Of a stretch of DNA of 64,000 nucleotides, positions 46,589 to 56,092 are shown piece after piece. The notes beneath the pieces are model-generated. The model was not told the origin of the DNA. It worked only from the letters and a program-made list of their open reading frames with translations, and made no database searches. Position 1 is the first letter of the stretch. Each line of letters opens with the position of its first letter. Position numbers and translations under genes: made by a program. The stretch lies in sequence record PP856017.1, one strand, 5' to 3'.

Positions 46589-48484
46589 ATGGGTGTAACC
46601 TCACGCGACGTACAATGGTTGCGTAAGTCATTCCTCCTCGCCACTGATAATCTCGATGACCAGTCGCTGGAAGAGTTTGGCTACACGGATACCATTGCTC
46701 GTCCATTCGATACGAGCCCAGGAGGCAATGAGGTGGTTAACCCTCTGCCCCAGTTCACTCGGCATGCTGACATCAAAGTCACCACGCCCCTCATGAATAC
46801 GTTTGGTATTGGTCGCTGGTACGATGAAACGTACGGTCAATATCAACAGAAAATCTACCTGCGCTTTGGTGTGCCTGAATTCACGCCGATGACGCAGTTC
46901 TTCACAGGCTTCTATAGCTACGAAGCATCGCTTCTGGCCCGTACCGGTCGTGCTTCTCCTGGAATTGCTTACTACCTGGGGCGTGGCATTGGTCTGGCGG
47001 TCACGATCTTCAACATCCCGCTTCTATTGACCTCGGTGGTTATGGAAGCCTATCGGTTCTTCACGCAAAAGCAGAGTTCGAAGTTCTATTACTTCAAACC
47101 TGCCATGCATCTGTACTGGAACACGGTGACCACACTCGTGAACCACTACTGTGTGAACCGAGGTATCATTCCGCGGATGTTTACGTCCGATGATAACCAG
47201 ACCATGGCTGCTGAGAACAGCTATACGCAAGCAGATCTTCAGCGCTTTGCACAAGTGCTTGAGATCTTCGATGCAAATGGTCAGGTGGACATGTACCGAT
47301 ACGCCTCTCTTGCCCATCGTCGCAAGAAAGCGTTCATGAACAAACTGAAAGACATGCTCGATGTGTCGAATCTCGACTTCTCGGCATTGCACAACAATTT
47401 CAAATCGGCTCTGAATCAGAAGACCTCTCCTGTTCAGGGGCGCGCATTCAAAGAGTACATGGATCTGTGGCTTAACAGCACGGAAGGTAATGCGAACTCT
47501 TCGAGTGGTTCGACTGACGGATCTCAGGGCGAGTCTGTAGCGGACACTCAGGTCAATACGATCGACTCGCCTCAGCGCGACGGTCTGTGGAAACTCCTCC
47601 AAACCGAATGGGATGACGGTACTGCATTTATCTGCTGCCGGGTGACTTCCACAGGTGAAGTATCGGAGAGTTTCTCTAGCTCCACAGCCAAGTCGGAAAT
47701 CGAAGACAAGATCAACGGGATGGCGTCTCAAGCCCGTAAGACATCGTTTAACTTCTCGGGCGGTAATCTGGCCGGGGTATTGGGTGGTGTGACGGGTGCG
47801 ATTGGGGATTTCGTGGGTGGTGTGGCTGACCAGTTCAACATTGCGGGTCTCGCTGTGTTGGGCGGAGCTGCATTTGTGGACATTCCGGAACATTGGGAAT
47901 CGTCTTCTGCGTCGCTTCCTCAACAGACGTACACCATGCAGCTGATTGCGCCTTACGGCAATGCTCTCAGTCAGTTGTTCCAGATGTACATCCCGCTCTT
48001 CATGATCCTCGCTGGTGCTCTGCCTCGCTCCACAGGTAAGCAGTCGTACACTTCGCCTCCCTTGGTGCAACTGTTCGATAAGGGTAAGCAACAAACCCGT
48101 CTGGGGATCATCGATTCGGTATCGGTACGTCGTGGTACGACTAACCTGCCGTTTAACAAACACATGCAGGCGATGGGTATTGAAGTGACCTTCTCCGTGA
48201 AGGATCTTTCTTCCATCATGCACATGCCTATTTCGGAAGGGTTCTCTCTGAATCCCACGAAAGGCATCTTTGACGAAGACACCACGTTCTCGGACTACAT
48301 GGGTGTTCTCGCAGGGCTGGATATTGACGATCAGATCTACTCGTTCCGTAAGTTTGCGCTTAACGTGACTCGTTATGCTTCGAACTGGAAGAGCTGGACG
48401 TCGAGTTCGCACATTGCTTCTTTCCTGGGCAATGGCACACCACTGCGTTTCGTCTCCATGCTCTACAAGGGTATCGATCCGTAA
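46589..48484 (+). CDS. Tail/baseplate hub protein (phiKZ gp182-like)
   Basis: 631 aa; NPLPQFTRHADI, YLRFGVPEF, FVDIPEHW, YTSPPL motifs; follows gp181-like gene. Confidence 0.75.
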   Translation: MGVTSRDVQWLRKSFLLATDNLDDQSLEEFGYTDTIARPFDTSPGGNEVVNPLPQFTRHADIKVTTPLMNTFGIGRWYDETYGQYQQKIYLRFGVPEFTPMTQFFTGFYSYEASLLARTGRASPGIAYYLGRGIGLAVTIFNIPLLLTSVVMEAYRFFTQKQSSKFYYFKPAMHLYWNTVTTLVNHYCVNRGIIPRMFTSDDNQTMAAENSYTQADLQRFAQVLEIFDANGQVDMYRYASLAHRRKKAFMNKLKDMLDVSNLDFSALHNNFKSALNQKTSPVQGRAFKEYMDLWLNSTEGNANSSSGSTDGSQGESVADTQVNTIDSPQRDGLWKLLQTEWDDGTAFICCRVTSTGEVSESFSSSTAKSEIEDKINGMASQARKTSFNFSGGNLAGVLGGVTGAIGDFVGGVADQFNIAGLAVLGGAAFVDIPEHWESSSASLPQQTYTMQLIAPYGNALSQLFQMYIPLFMILAGALPRSTGKQSYTSPPLVQLFDKGKQQTRLGIIDSVSVRRGTTNLPFNKHMQAMGIEVTFSVKDLSSIMHMPISEGFSLNPTKGIFDEDTTFSDYMGVLAGLDIDDQIYSFRKFALNVTRYASNWKSWTSSSHIASFLGNGTPLRFVSMLYKGIDP

Positions 48485-48494
48485 TGAACATACA

Positions 48495-48524
48495 TACACT
48501 ACCTGCCCTAGGGCAGGTAGTGTA
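48495..48524. terminator. Bidirectional hairpin with TATG on both sides
   Basis: TACACTACCTGCCC-TA-GGGCAGGTAGTGTA; TATG at 48534 (+) and 48492 (-). Confidence 0.75.
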
Positions 48525-48532
48525 GTGTGTCT

Positions 48533-49711
48533 TTATGACGAGGGATGACCTTCTTCTGCTGCACTGACCATACCGGCAAACCAGTCGTCGTCTGGAGACT
48601 GTACGCGCGGATCCACATCACGCGTTACCATGTTTGAACCGGTCGAGACGGATTGCGGGAAACGCTTCTTGATCTCATCGTCCACTGAGTAGGAGTTATT
48701 CAGGGCAGAGAGAGCAGCGTAGGTTTTATCGGCCGAATCGGTAGAAGTAATTCCACCGGTCGTGAAGATATTCTTCACCTGAACAGAAGCACCCAGCAAA
48801 GACGAGAGGTCTTTAAAGGTGGTGTTCGTGCCCACAGGCTGGAAAGAAGACTGATTCCAGGTCGGGTCGATTTTCTGATACGTTCCCTGGTACTGAACGA
48901 ATTGTCCATTCGCACCAGTGATGTCCGTCGTCGTATACGACGTCTTATCGTTTCGAGCCAGCTGAGACACGGCATTGGGCTGCAGCATTCCAACCGCACC
49001 ATTACCGATATAGTCAGACATAGCTGCAACAGAAGCCAGATCTCCGCGCGCGACTGCTGCTGGCAAAGAGCCTGTTGCAACAGTGTAGAGCATCGAACTT
49101 TTGTTCACAATGCTGGAAGAACTCTGGACTGCGTCAGCAATGACTCCAAAAGCTCCCTGAATGCCCTGTGCGCCTGCTTCGCCAACGAGTGAGGAGAATA
49201 CCCCACCGAGAGCTCCGTTGGCGCTGAGAGCGATTCCGACCTTCCCAGTGACGGCATTGATTGTATTGGCAATACCACGCAGATCTGAGAGGTTGCCAGT
49301 TTGTACTGCCCGAACAATGCCATTCACAGTCGTATAGACACGTGAGGCTTCTTTCAGTAGTCCGGTAACAGAATTCACATCGCTCTTGATGGCGGAGATA
49401 GCAGATTGACTGCCGCTCACTACATCGTTCACGAGTGATTTAGCTTTCGCGTATTCGTCCGAGAAAGCAGAAGAGATTTTGTCAGTCAACGACTCCGTGT
49501 CGAGACTCAGTGCGCCATCGGTGGCTGACTTCAGTACATTGCCTGAAGTGAATTTGCTCAAGAACCCGAACTGGTCGGATAGATCGAATCCCGTGAGATT
49601 CAGATCCTGAAAACTGTTGACGACGGAAGAGTCTGTCTTTGTGTAGACGTCTGCGACAACGGTTTTCTCATCCGGTGTCCGGCTAAGAATACTTGTTGCT
49701 AAAGTCGGCAT
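48533..49711 (-). CDS. Ser/Thr/Ala-rich probable virion protein
   Basis: Start ATG 49711 (GGTGA RBS); 392 aa. Confidence 0.62.
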   Translation of the reverse strand: MPTLATSILSRTPDEKTVVADVYTKTDSSVVNSFQDLNLTGFDLSDQFGFLSKFTSGNVLKSATDGALSLDTESLTDKISSAFSDEYAKAKSLVNDVVSGSQSAISAIKSDVNSVTGLLKEASRVYTTVNGIVRAVQTGNLSDLRGIANTINAVTGKVGIALSANGALGGVFSSLVGEAGAQGIQGAFGVIADAVQSSSSIVNKSSMLYTVATGSLPAAVARGDLASVAAMSDYIGNGAVGMLQPNAVSQLARNDKTSYTTTDITGANGQFVQYQGTYQKIDPTWNQSSFQPVGTNTTFKDLSSLLGASVQVKNIFTTGGITSTDSADKTYAALSALNNSYSVDDEIKKRFPQSVSTGSNMVTRDVDPRVQSPDDDWFAGMVSAAEEGHPSS

Positions 49712-49755
49712 CGCATCACCAAGAAAAAAATATAGGTCACAACATAAGCAGATTC

Positions 49756-49787
49756 CTGACATCGTAACCCGTAGGTTACGATGTCAG
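49756..49787 (-). terminator. 14-bp hairpin with TATG at 49746
   Basis: CTGACATCGTAACC-CGTA-GGTTACGATGTCAG. Confidence 0.72.
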
Positions 49788-49798
49788 TATCCATAGAA

Positions 49799-50338
49799 TT
49801 ACTTCTCCTGAATCGGGGTAAAGTTCATGTCGCGGAACTTCACAAACTCATGTTGACGCTCTCCGCGCATGATCTCGCGGACCTCATTCAGGATGCCAAT
49901 GTACAGGCTGCTGTGGCTCGGACGGATGGGTAATCTGTCTTCACCTTGCAGGTAATAATGGTCGAACGGGAGATCACTCTCGGCCATCATCTGTGCATAG
50001 TGGCTGTTGGTCTGCAACTTGAGAATCGTTGCATCGATGATCAGTTCCCTGAACTTGTCGCATGAATACTTCTGCGACAGGCGCATGAAATTGATTGCCT
50101 GATGCGGCTGCATATTGCGAATCGAATCTCGGGTACCACCTGTGTTCAGATAGCACCACATGTTCTGCACGGTACGGAAGTGTCCGAGCAACGGATGATG
50201 AATCGGCTCGCCCACATTGAATTGCAACGCGAGGAGTCGACCGAGCTTGGTCTTGGCCTTCAGCTGCGTGTTGATGTGGGTATAACCATCTTCCGTGGGA
50301 TCAGGGCGAACAGTCAGATCACTCATTGCCTTCTCCAT
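49799..50338 (-). CDS. Jumbo-phage protein, possibly NADAR/YbiA-like fold
   Basis: DGYTHIN...TKLGRLL...HP..GHF.TVQ..W and ESDLPFDHYY patterns; fold call from memory only. Confidence 0.45.
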   Translation of the reverse strand: MEKAMSDLTVRPDPTEDGYTHINTQLKAKTKLGRLLALQFNVGEPIHHPLLGHFRTVQNMWCYLNTGGTRDSIRNMQPHQAINFMRLSQKYSCDKFRELIIDATILKLQTNSHYAQMMAESDLPFDHYYLQGEDRLPIRPSHSSLYIGILNEVREIMRGERQHEFVKFRDMNFTPIQEK

Positions 50339-50894
50339 CCTTTTTATTTTTCTTGTGATTCAAGAGTTGTTTCATCAGTGCGTTGAGCTCACTGCTTTCG
50401 CCTTCTTTCTTGCTCTGGAGGAATTCATTGACCTGTGCGATCAGTTCACTCTCCGTATCTTCCTCACTCAGGGAGAGCAGGACATCAGGAGTCAGCGGAT
50501 AACGAACCTTACCGACAATACGACGACCATCTGCCATCTTCCAGATAGACAGTACTTCGATCTCTTCCACGCCAGCTACAACTGCTGCCTTGACGAAAGT
50601 CGAAATCGACATACCTTCATCTTCGGAAAAGACCTGGTTCGTGATATTGCCTCGTGCACTGGTTCTGTGCTCAGGCGTCTGTGGGATCCCGTTCTGAGGA
50701 TCCGTCACATATCGCTTAAGCAAAGCGTCCCAGGTTTCCAGGCGGGTAATGCCTAGTCCCTTGAACAGAAATCGGTGCACCAGATACCAAAGAATGTTCT
50801 TTGGGCGTGATGGGAAATTGAATATCCCTCTGGACGTTAAGTCCATCTGGCTATTGACGCGTCGAGTGACGCGACTGTCTTCTTTACGTGCCAT
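50319..50894 (-). CDS. Conserved hypothetical protein
   Basis: 191 aa, overlaps downstream gene. Confidence 0.68.
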   Translation of the reverse strand: MARKEDSRVTRRVNSQMDLTSRGIFNFPSRPKNILWYLVHRFLFKGLGITRLETWDALLKRYVTDPQNGIPQTPEHRTSARGNITNQVFSEDEGMSISTFVKAAVVAGVEEIEVLSIWKMADGRRIVGKVRYPLTPDVLLSLSEEDTESELIAQVNEFLQSKKEGESSELNALMKQLLNHKKNKKDGEGNE

Positions 50895-50948
50895 TTGATA
50901 GGCTCCAAACTAGGATATGGTGGTCCATACCGGTTAAGTAAACTTTGG

Positions 50949-51479
50949 TCATTCGCCAAAGTGAAGAAGTAATGCATCGAGGAATTCCGTCAGCGTCTGT
51001 GTGTATTTGTACAGTTGCCGATGGTTGTATTCCATTGAGCCATAAAGTTCCTTGTCGGCATTCTTCATGTACTCATGATAGGCGTCGATCAGCTCTACTG
51101 CTCTCTGGATCTTCACCGCTGCATCATCCACGTAGTAGCCTTCGTGGACAAAGAGGAAGTTATCGAATCGGACACTCTTTACGTTCCTCACGAAAAAGAG
51201 GCCTTGCTCTATGTGTTTCTTTTCTTTGATGTGGTCATTGACCTCCAGGAGTGATTTAATGAAGTCCGGCAAATTCTCAGAGAAGTTTTCGATTCTTCCT
51301 AGAGAAGCCGGCGACTTGGAAAGATGAAGTTCGGTTGTTCCGATGCGACCTAACGCAATCTCCAACTGCGTATAGACACTCTCCGGATCAGCTTTAACCT
51401 CCTCTTCCTTTACGGGGGCAGGATCTCTCTTGCCTCGCAAATAGCCGAACAGTCGCTGTATCATGTGATCTTCATTCAA
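50949..51479 (-). CDS. Hypothetical protein under an early-type promoter
   Basis: 176 aa; TATATTAC at 51507-51514. Confidence 0.68.
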   Translation of the reverse strand: MNEDHMIQRLFGYLRGKRDPAPVKEEEVKADPESVYTQLEIALGRIGTTELHLSKSPASLGRIENFSENLPDFIKSLLEVNDHIKEKKHIEQGLFFVRNVKSVRFDNFLFVHEGYYVDDAAVKIQRAVELIDAYHEYMKNADKELYGSMEYNHRQLYKYTQTLTEFLDALLLHFGE

Positions 51480-51506
51480 TGGATGTTCCAGACATAGATC
51501 CTAATT

Positions 51507-51514
51507 GTAATATA
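51507..51514 (-). promoter_or_regulatory. phiKZ-type early promoter core TATATTAC
   Basis: Exact consensus in TTTAAAAC...TCAGAC-ATATATTACAA context, matching the phuZ copy. Confidence 0.65.
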
Positions 51515-51543
51515 TGTCTGAGCTGTTTTAAAGGAGAAACATC

Positions 51544-51981
51544 GTGTCCGGTTTGACACCCGAACAGATCGAAGCCAATTTCCAGGACCTCGATTACACC
51601 ACCGGAATCCGCAAGCAGATCGTAGCTGCACTGCTGCCGGATGCGTTGGGAAGCAAAGATCCTGAGCTCGCTCGAACTGTCATGCAGGGCCTCGACGGCA
51701 TTGACAAGGTTTCGCTTGGACGCCTCAAACTCAACGAGAAAGCGCGTGAGAATGAGACGAGAGCAGACGAAGCCGCGGCAATGGCACAGTATCTGGTTAC
51801 TTTGGCAGACCGCCGTCAGAAGGAAGGTCGTCCCGAAGTAACGCACAACGAAACGGCGAATCGCAAGCTACCGGCAGACAGTCGGCCAGCCTACGATCCG
51901 TCGATCCGAGACGCAGCAGCAGGAAGCGAGAACACGGCGGAATTCACCGAACGTGTGGAAGGAAGCAACGGAAAGCGCTAG
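51544..51981 (+). CDS. Helical hypothetical protein (weak small-terminase-like resemblance)
   Basis: GTG start with AAGGAG RBS; 145 aa; lone + strand gene. Confidence 0.65.
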   Translation: MSGLTPEQIEANFQDLDYTTGIRKQIVAALLPDALGSKDPELARTVMQGLDGIDKVSLGRLKLNEKARENETRADEAAAMAQYLVTLADRRQKEGRPEVTHNETANRKLPADSRPAYDPSIRDAAAGSENTAEFTERVEGSNGKR

Positions 51982-52772
51982 TCGGGTTTCCGGAATTTCT
52001 CCAGCTTCTTATCCAGTTCATCAATCGAGATGTGCTTGGATACGTCCACTGCGTCTTGCGCCAAAATCCGTTCATCCGGATAGACGATTGAGAAGTTTTC
52101 CACGTTGATAAATTTCAGGCAAATCCTAGAGGCCAATGCGGCCTCTAGGAGCGCCAGGCTATTTATGCCGCGCTTCAGATGTTCGATGACTTCTTCGTCT
52201 TTATCCGGATCCATGTTGAAGTACACCATTGGTGCAATCAGCATGAGATACGGCTTGGGCTCTTTGATCAGAGCGTTGCTGTGGGTGTTCAGATACTCGT
52301 CATAATTGTACATGACCATCATGACGTAGTTTTCGAAGCAGTGGGTGGGTGTGAGTTCTTCGAGCGGTTTGCTCATCACGTTCACACCGATTGCTCCACG
52401 TACCTGCAAGTAGATGAGACTGCGCAGGTAAGCCATTTCGTCTGCCTGCAAGACATACGGCCAGACATTCACATCCAGCTGAGGCTTCTGGTGATGAGGG
52501 AGTTCATGTGCAATCGACTCCTTCATGATCTCCGAGATTTGAGGACGCAGGAACTGGAAGATGTTGGTCACCATCGAGGCTTGCAGGGTTTCGACTTCGT
52601 ACTTCTTGTACATCTCGTCGTATGCTGTTTTCTCGATACCTTCGAAGAAGTCACCCTTACGGCGATGGTAACCATTCTTCACGAGTTCCTTTGCTGCTTC
52701 CGGATTGAGGCGGTTAATCACGCCATAGCGGCAATCCAGGACCGAGTTGATATCGACGTAGAAGCTTTTCAT
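51978..52772 (-). CDS. Conserved phiKZ-like protein with HAD-like N-terminal motif
   Basis: FYVDINSVLDCRYG; 264 aa. Confidence 0.65.
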   Translation of the reverse strand: MKSFYVDINSVLDCRYGVINRLNPEAAKELVKNGYHRRKGDFFEGIEKTAYDEMYKKYEVETLQASMVTNIFQFLRPQISEIMKESIAHELPHHQKPQLDVNVWPYVLQADEMAYLRSLIYLQVRGAIGVNVMSKPLEELTPTHCFENYVMMVMYNYDEYLNTHSNALIKEPKPYLMLIAPMVYFNMDPDKDEEVIEHLKRGINSLALLEAALASRICLKFINVENFSIVYPDERILAQDAVDVSKHISIDELDKKLEKFRKPD

Positions 52773-53257
52773 TTTCCGATAGCGTCCGCAAGTACGTTAG
52801 GATCCCCGTAGACGAAAAACGTTGCCAGCATCACGAGGTGACGATTGTTCTTCAGAAGGTTTGCAACAGGTGCCGGATCGGGAATACGATCCGAGTATTC
52901 TGCTGACATGAACGACTGACGCGGGTCAGCTGCTTCCTTCGTATTGAACGAGTTTGCCAGATGCTCGATATACGTCTGGTAATCTTGCTCCGGCAGGATG
53001 AATCGGGTACGAAAGAGAGCGGTTAGCGTGTAGACCAGGTTGATGTGCAGAGTGTCCTTGTAGATCAGGTCCTGGATGTTCTGCAACGAATCTTCCGTGA
53101 ACAGCAGCCAGCCTTGCACTTGCATCAGGACTTCAGCTACGAACTGCGCTTCGTTGTTCCGATCGTCACCAGACGTAGCCAGATTCACGAAGTAATGGTG
53201 CATCGCCTGGTTGATCGCAGTGCCTGCGACATCGGTGATTTCTGCCATTGTTGCCAT
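52769..53257 (-). CDS. Conserved phiKZ-like (probably virion) protein
   Basis: Start ATG 53257 with GGAG RBS; 4-nt overlap with next gene. Confidence 0.65.
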   Translation of the reverse strand: MATMAEITDVAGTAINQAMHHYFVNLATSGDDRNNEAQFVAEVLMQVQGWLLFTEDSLQNIQDLIYKDTLHINLVYTLTALFRTRFILPEQDYQTYIEHLANSFNTKEAADPRQSFMSAEYSDRIPDPAPVANLLKNNRHLVMLATFFVYGDPNVLADAIGK

Positions 53258-53283
53258 AAAGACTCCGAACAAAAGGTACGACA

Positions 53284-53309
53284 GACTACCTGGCTCTCGC
53301 CAGGTAGTC
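53284..53309 (-). terminator. Hairpin after vRNAP beta C-terminal subunit gene
   Basis: GACTACCTGGC-TCTC-GCCAGGTAGTC. Confidence 0.65.
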
Positions 53310-53321
53310 ACACAGGATGGC

Positions 53322-54005
53322 TCACAGCGTGTTGTCGTAGTGCATGCCAATGAGAAGGTTGCGCAGCGAACGGGTCGAACCGACCTCACCCGCATAGGGT
53401 TCCAGAGCCTTCATCGAGGCTCCGCCAGTCTTCATGATCTGCTGATTCATGAGACGATTGCCTTTCACGTCGCCCCCGCGCCAGTGCATGAATTCTTCAA
53501 TGGTCTTTTTCAGACCGAAAGCTTTCAGCAGTGACAGTTCGGGGTAACTGATCTTCGAGCCCTTGGAGTCTCCAGTGACCTGACCAGTAAAGTCGTCGAT
53601 CGAGTGGTTGTTTTCCGGGATGGAGATCTTTTCCACCAGCAGCTGCGCCTGACGTCGTACCGGGAACGGTAGAATCAGATACGCATTCGGGGTCAGGAAC
53701 CAGTCGCCTGATTCATCCTGATACCAGATGTGCTGGAAGAACTCGATCCCATACTTCGGTCCCAGGACGCTGATGTTGCGCGTGACGTCGAGGGGGAATT
53801 TGCCACCTGGCGGATCGATATACACCAGGGCGCCTTCCTTGTTTCGCATGCGCTCAATCCAGTTATGGAACTGAGCGTCATTGAGATACTTCGGGCTTTT
53901 CGGGTCGAAAAGCTGTTGGTACAGAGCCACGTTCGGATTGCCCGGGGCAATCGAATCGATGATCTCCAAACACAGCTTCTCGGCCGCCTTTCTGTTACGT
54001 GCCAT
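53322..54005 (-). CDS. Virion RNA polymerase beta-like subunit, C-terminal part (phiKZ gp149-like)
   Basis: YLILPFPVRRQAQLLVEK...DDFTGQVTGDSKGSKISYPELSLLKAFG...EEFMHWRGGD aligns with the RpoB C-terminus (GYMYMLKL.HL..DK...TQQPLGGK..FGGQRFGEME..AL.AYGA...LQE.LT..SDD). Confidence 0.78.
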   Translation of the reverse strand: MARNRKAAEKLCLEIIDSIAPGNPNVALYQQLFDPKSPKYLNDAQFHNWIERMRNKEGALVYIDPPGGKFPLDVTRNISVLGPKYGIEFFQHIWYQDESGDWFLTPNAYLILPFPVRRQAQLLVEKISIPENNHSIDDFTGQVTGDSKGSKISYPELSLLKAFGLKKTIEEFMHWRGGDVKGNRLMNQQIMKTGGASMKALEPYAGEVGSTRSLRNLLIGMHYDNTL

Positions 54006-54483
54006 TGGGTTGGTCCGGTATGCGAATCATTCGAAGTTTGATTTGCTTGTCGTTGCACCGTTCCATCATATCTTTGGTTCCCGGACTATGACCGTCCCAG
54101 AAACCGAGACCATGGCTCGATACATTCGCCATCTCCTGATTGCGCATGAAGCCTGCCAGGGCATTGTAATCCTTGCCTTGAGCATTCTTCTTGATACGGG
54201 CACCAGGTACGTCGATGTTGTCCCAATCAGCCGGGCATTCATGCCAGCGCCAGCCATTGGCCTTACACCAGTCGACAATGAATTTGTCAGGCCCATCAAA
54301 GGCCATACCGGACACAAACACGGTATTTTCGGGGGTCATTGACCAGTCCTTGATCCAGCCCGTCAGACAGGCTTCGAACGTTTCCCGGTCGATATTTTTC
54401 CGACTGCCAAAAACGACTGCTACGTTTTTGAACTTTCTCAATTCGTCACGTCGGATCGGACGAATCGGCTTGCCATCGCTCAT
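53995..54483 (-). CDS. SLOG/YspA-like (DUF2493-type) protein
   Basis: VVFGSR, VSGMA.DGPD, PADW, AGFMRNQEM, FWDGHSPGTKDM motifs. Confidence 0.8.
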   Translation of the reverse strand: MSDGKPIRPIRRDELRKFKNVAVVFGSRKNIDRETFEACLTGWIKDWSMTPENTVFVSGMAFDGPDKFIVDWCKANGWRWHECPADWDNIDVPGARIKKNAQGKDYNALAGFMRNQEMANVSSHGLGFWDGHSPGTKDMMERCNDKQIKLRMIRIPDQPNGT

Positions 54484-54547
54484 GATTCCACAATCCCTTA
54501 AAACCCCGAAAATTGATAGTTCTTCTCAATATATCGAAGCATAAAAA

Positions 54548-54572
54548 GGAGAGCGGAACCAATCCGCTCTCC
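54548..54572 (-). terminator. Hairpin with T-run and TATG (54543) after uvsX
   Basis: GGAGAGCGGA-ACCAA-TCCGCTCTCC. Confidence 0.72.
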
Positions 54573-54576
54573 GGTT

Positions 54577-55998
54577 TTACTTCCAATACGGCTTGTACTT
54601 GTCCAGACGCATGCGCATCAAGTCCAGCGTGGAGAGGTAAGGTACGGGGTGATCGTCGTTGTTCAGACACCACCAGCCGCGGGTATTGCCCAGGATTTCG
54701 TCCCAGTCATAGCCCTTTTCCTTAATACCGTCGAAGAGTTCCTTCGGTGTGCAAAGCAGACCCTGGTTGCGCAACTCCGGCATCAGACGGGTCATTTGCA
54801 TGAGTTCCATCGTGATGTTCAGTGCGCGTTGCAGCATCGGATCGCTGTCGATCTTCGAACGAACTTTCGTTCGCGAAAGCTTGGCGTCCGGGCGAAGAGT
54901 CAGGAAGTAATTCTGATCGTTGCCTTCGAGTCCAAACGAATCCGGATGATCCCACAGATTATAGAACTCGGTCATCGCCGGCAGAATGCCCTGCTTTTGC
55001 GAGACGACCAGACGAATCGGCACACCCGACGGACCCGACTTGCCACGAAGCTCGACTGCATGTAGCACGTTCAAGTCCGTGTCGCCCTCAGCCTTGTCGT
55101 ATTCGTCACGCGGGAATTGCGGCAGCTTCGTTTGCTTGTGGATCAGTTTCTCCAGATTGTAGAACTGGAGAATCGAGTTCATGATGTACGTGAACTTGTC
55201 GGTCACGCCCTTCATCTTGACGTTGCCCTGGATATTCGACAGTTTCTTCTTTTCCGGATTGTACTGATCCAGATTGAAGATAGGGCCGACCTGAGCAGTC
55301 ATCGAGAAGTAATGCGAAGCCTTGTGAAGCAACGGCGGGAACTCGGAGAGCAGACGCAGCTTCTGAATACCCTGCTTCATGAACATCGTTTCAGCACCCT
55401 TCTCGCCGAGGCCGACATCGCTGTTCATCTTCGATACGTCTTTGGTCACGAAGTCGGTGAATGAATCGAGTCCGCCGAACGTCGGAATGATCATGTCCAT
55501 CAGTTCGTTCGTACCGAGCTTCAAGAACGGCAGGTTGGCGCGGTATTCCTTCTTCTTGCCCAGATCGACCTTCTGTTCCAGGAAGTCCTTGGTGTGGTCG
55601 TACCATTCGTCACCACTGTACTGCTTGCGCGAAGTTACGATGAAACGTTCGGTTTCAATCGGATCCAGGCCGTCGAACTCAGGAAGCTGGCTGGCCAGAT
55701 CGCCAACACGCGTACCCTGTGTGTTCATTTCGGTTTCGAACATCGAACCGGTAGATTCATGGTGAACCCGATACATTGCACGCAGGTTCTTGTAGAGCAT
55801 GGAGGTGGTCTTGAACAGGTTACCACCGCCCACGTAGCCACTCAACATGGCGTGTCCGCCGTTCAGGAGGGCTTCTCCGTGCTGGCCGTAATACCAGCGA
55901 CCGGTGATGATATCCATGCCCGCACCGACGTTAATCATCGGTGCCAAATGCTCGGCTTTTTGATACGGTTGTTTAAACAGCATGTGAATGCTCTCCAA
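54577..55998 (-). CDS. uvsX: UvsX/RecA-like recombinase (phiKZ gp152-like)
   Basis: INVGAGMDIITG, variant Walker A GGGNLFKTT, ETEM, LDSF Walker B, KSGPSG. Confidence 0.83.
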   Translation of the reverse strand: MESIHMLFKQPYQKAEHLAPMINVGAGMDIITGRWYYGQHGEALLNGGHAMLSGYVGGGNLFKTTSMLYKNLRAMYRVHHESTGSMFETEMNTQGTRVGDLASQLPEFDGLDPIETERFIVTSRKQYSGDEWYDHTKDFLEQKVDLGKKKEYRANLPFLKLGTNELMDMIIPTFGGLDSFTDFVTKDVSKMNSDVGLGEKGAETMFMKQGIQKLRLLSEFPPLLHKASHYFSMTAQVGPIFNLDQYNPEKKKLSNIQGNVKMKGVTDKFTYIMNSILQFYNLEKLIHKQTKLPQFPRDEYDKAEGDTDLNVLHAVELRGKSGPSGVPIRLVVSQKQGILPAMTEFYNLWDHPDSFGLEGNDQNYFLTLRPDAKLSRTKVRSKIDSDPMLQRALNITMELMQMTRLMPELRNQGLLCTPKELFDGIKEKGYDWDEILGNTRGWWCLNNDDHPVPYLSTLDLMRMRLDKYKPYWK

Positions 55999-56092
55999 TC
56001 ATTTGAAATGAAGAATGCGTGAGTCAAACTATGGGTTTTTTCATTAAAAAATATAGTTCGTCTCTTTAGTTTTTGTCCCTAGCGAGATAACC

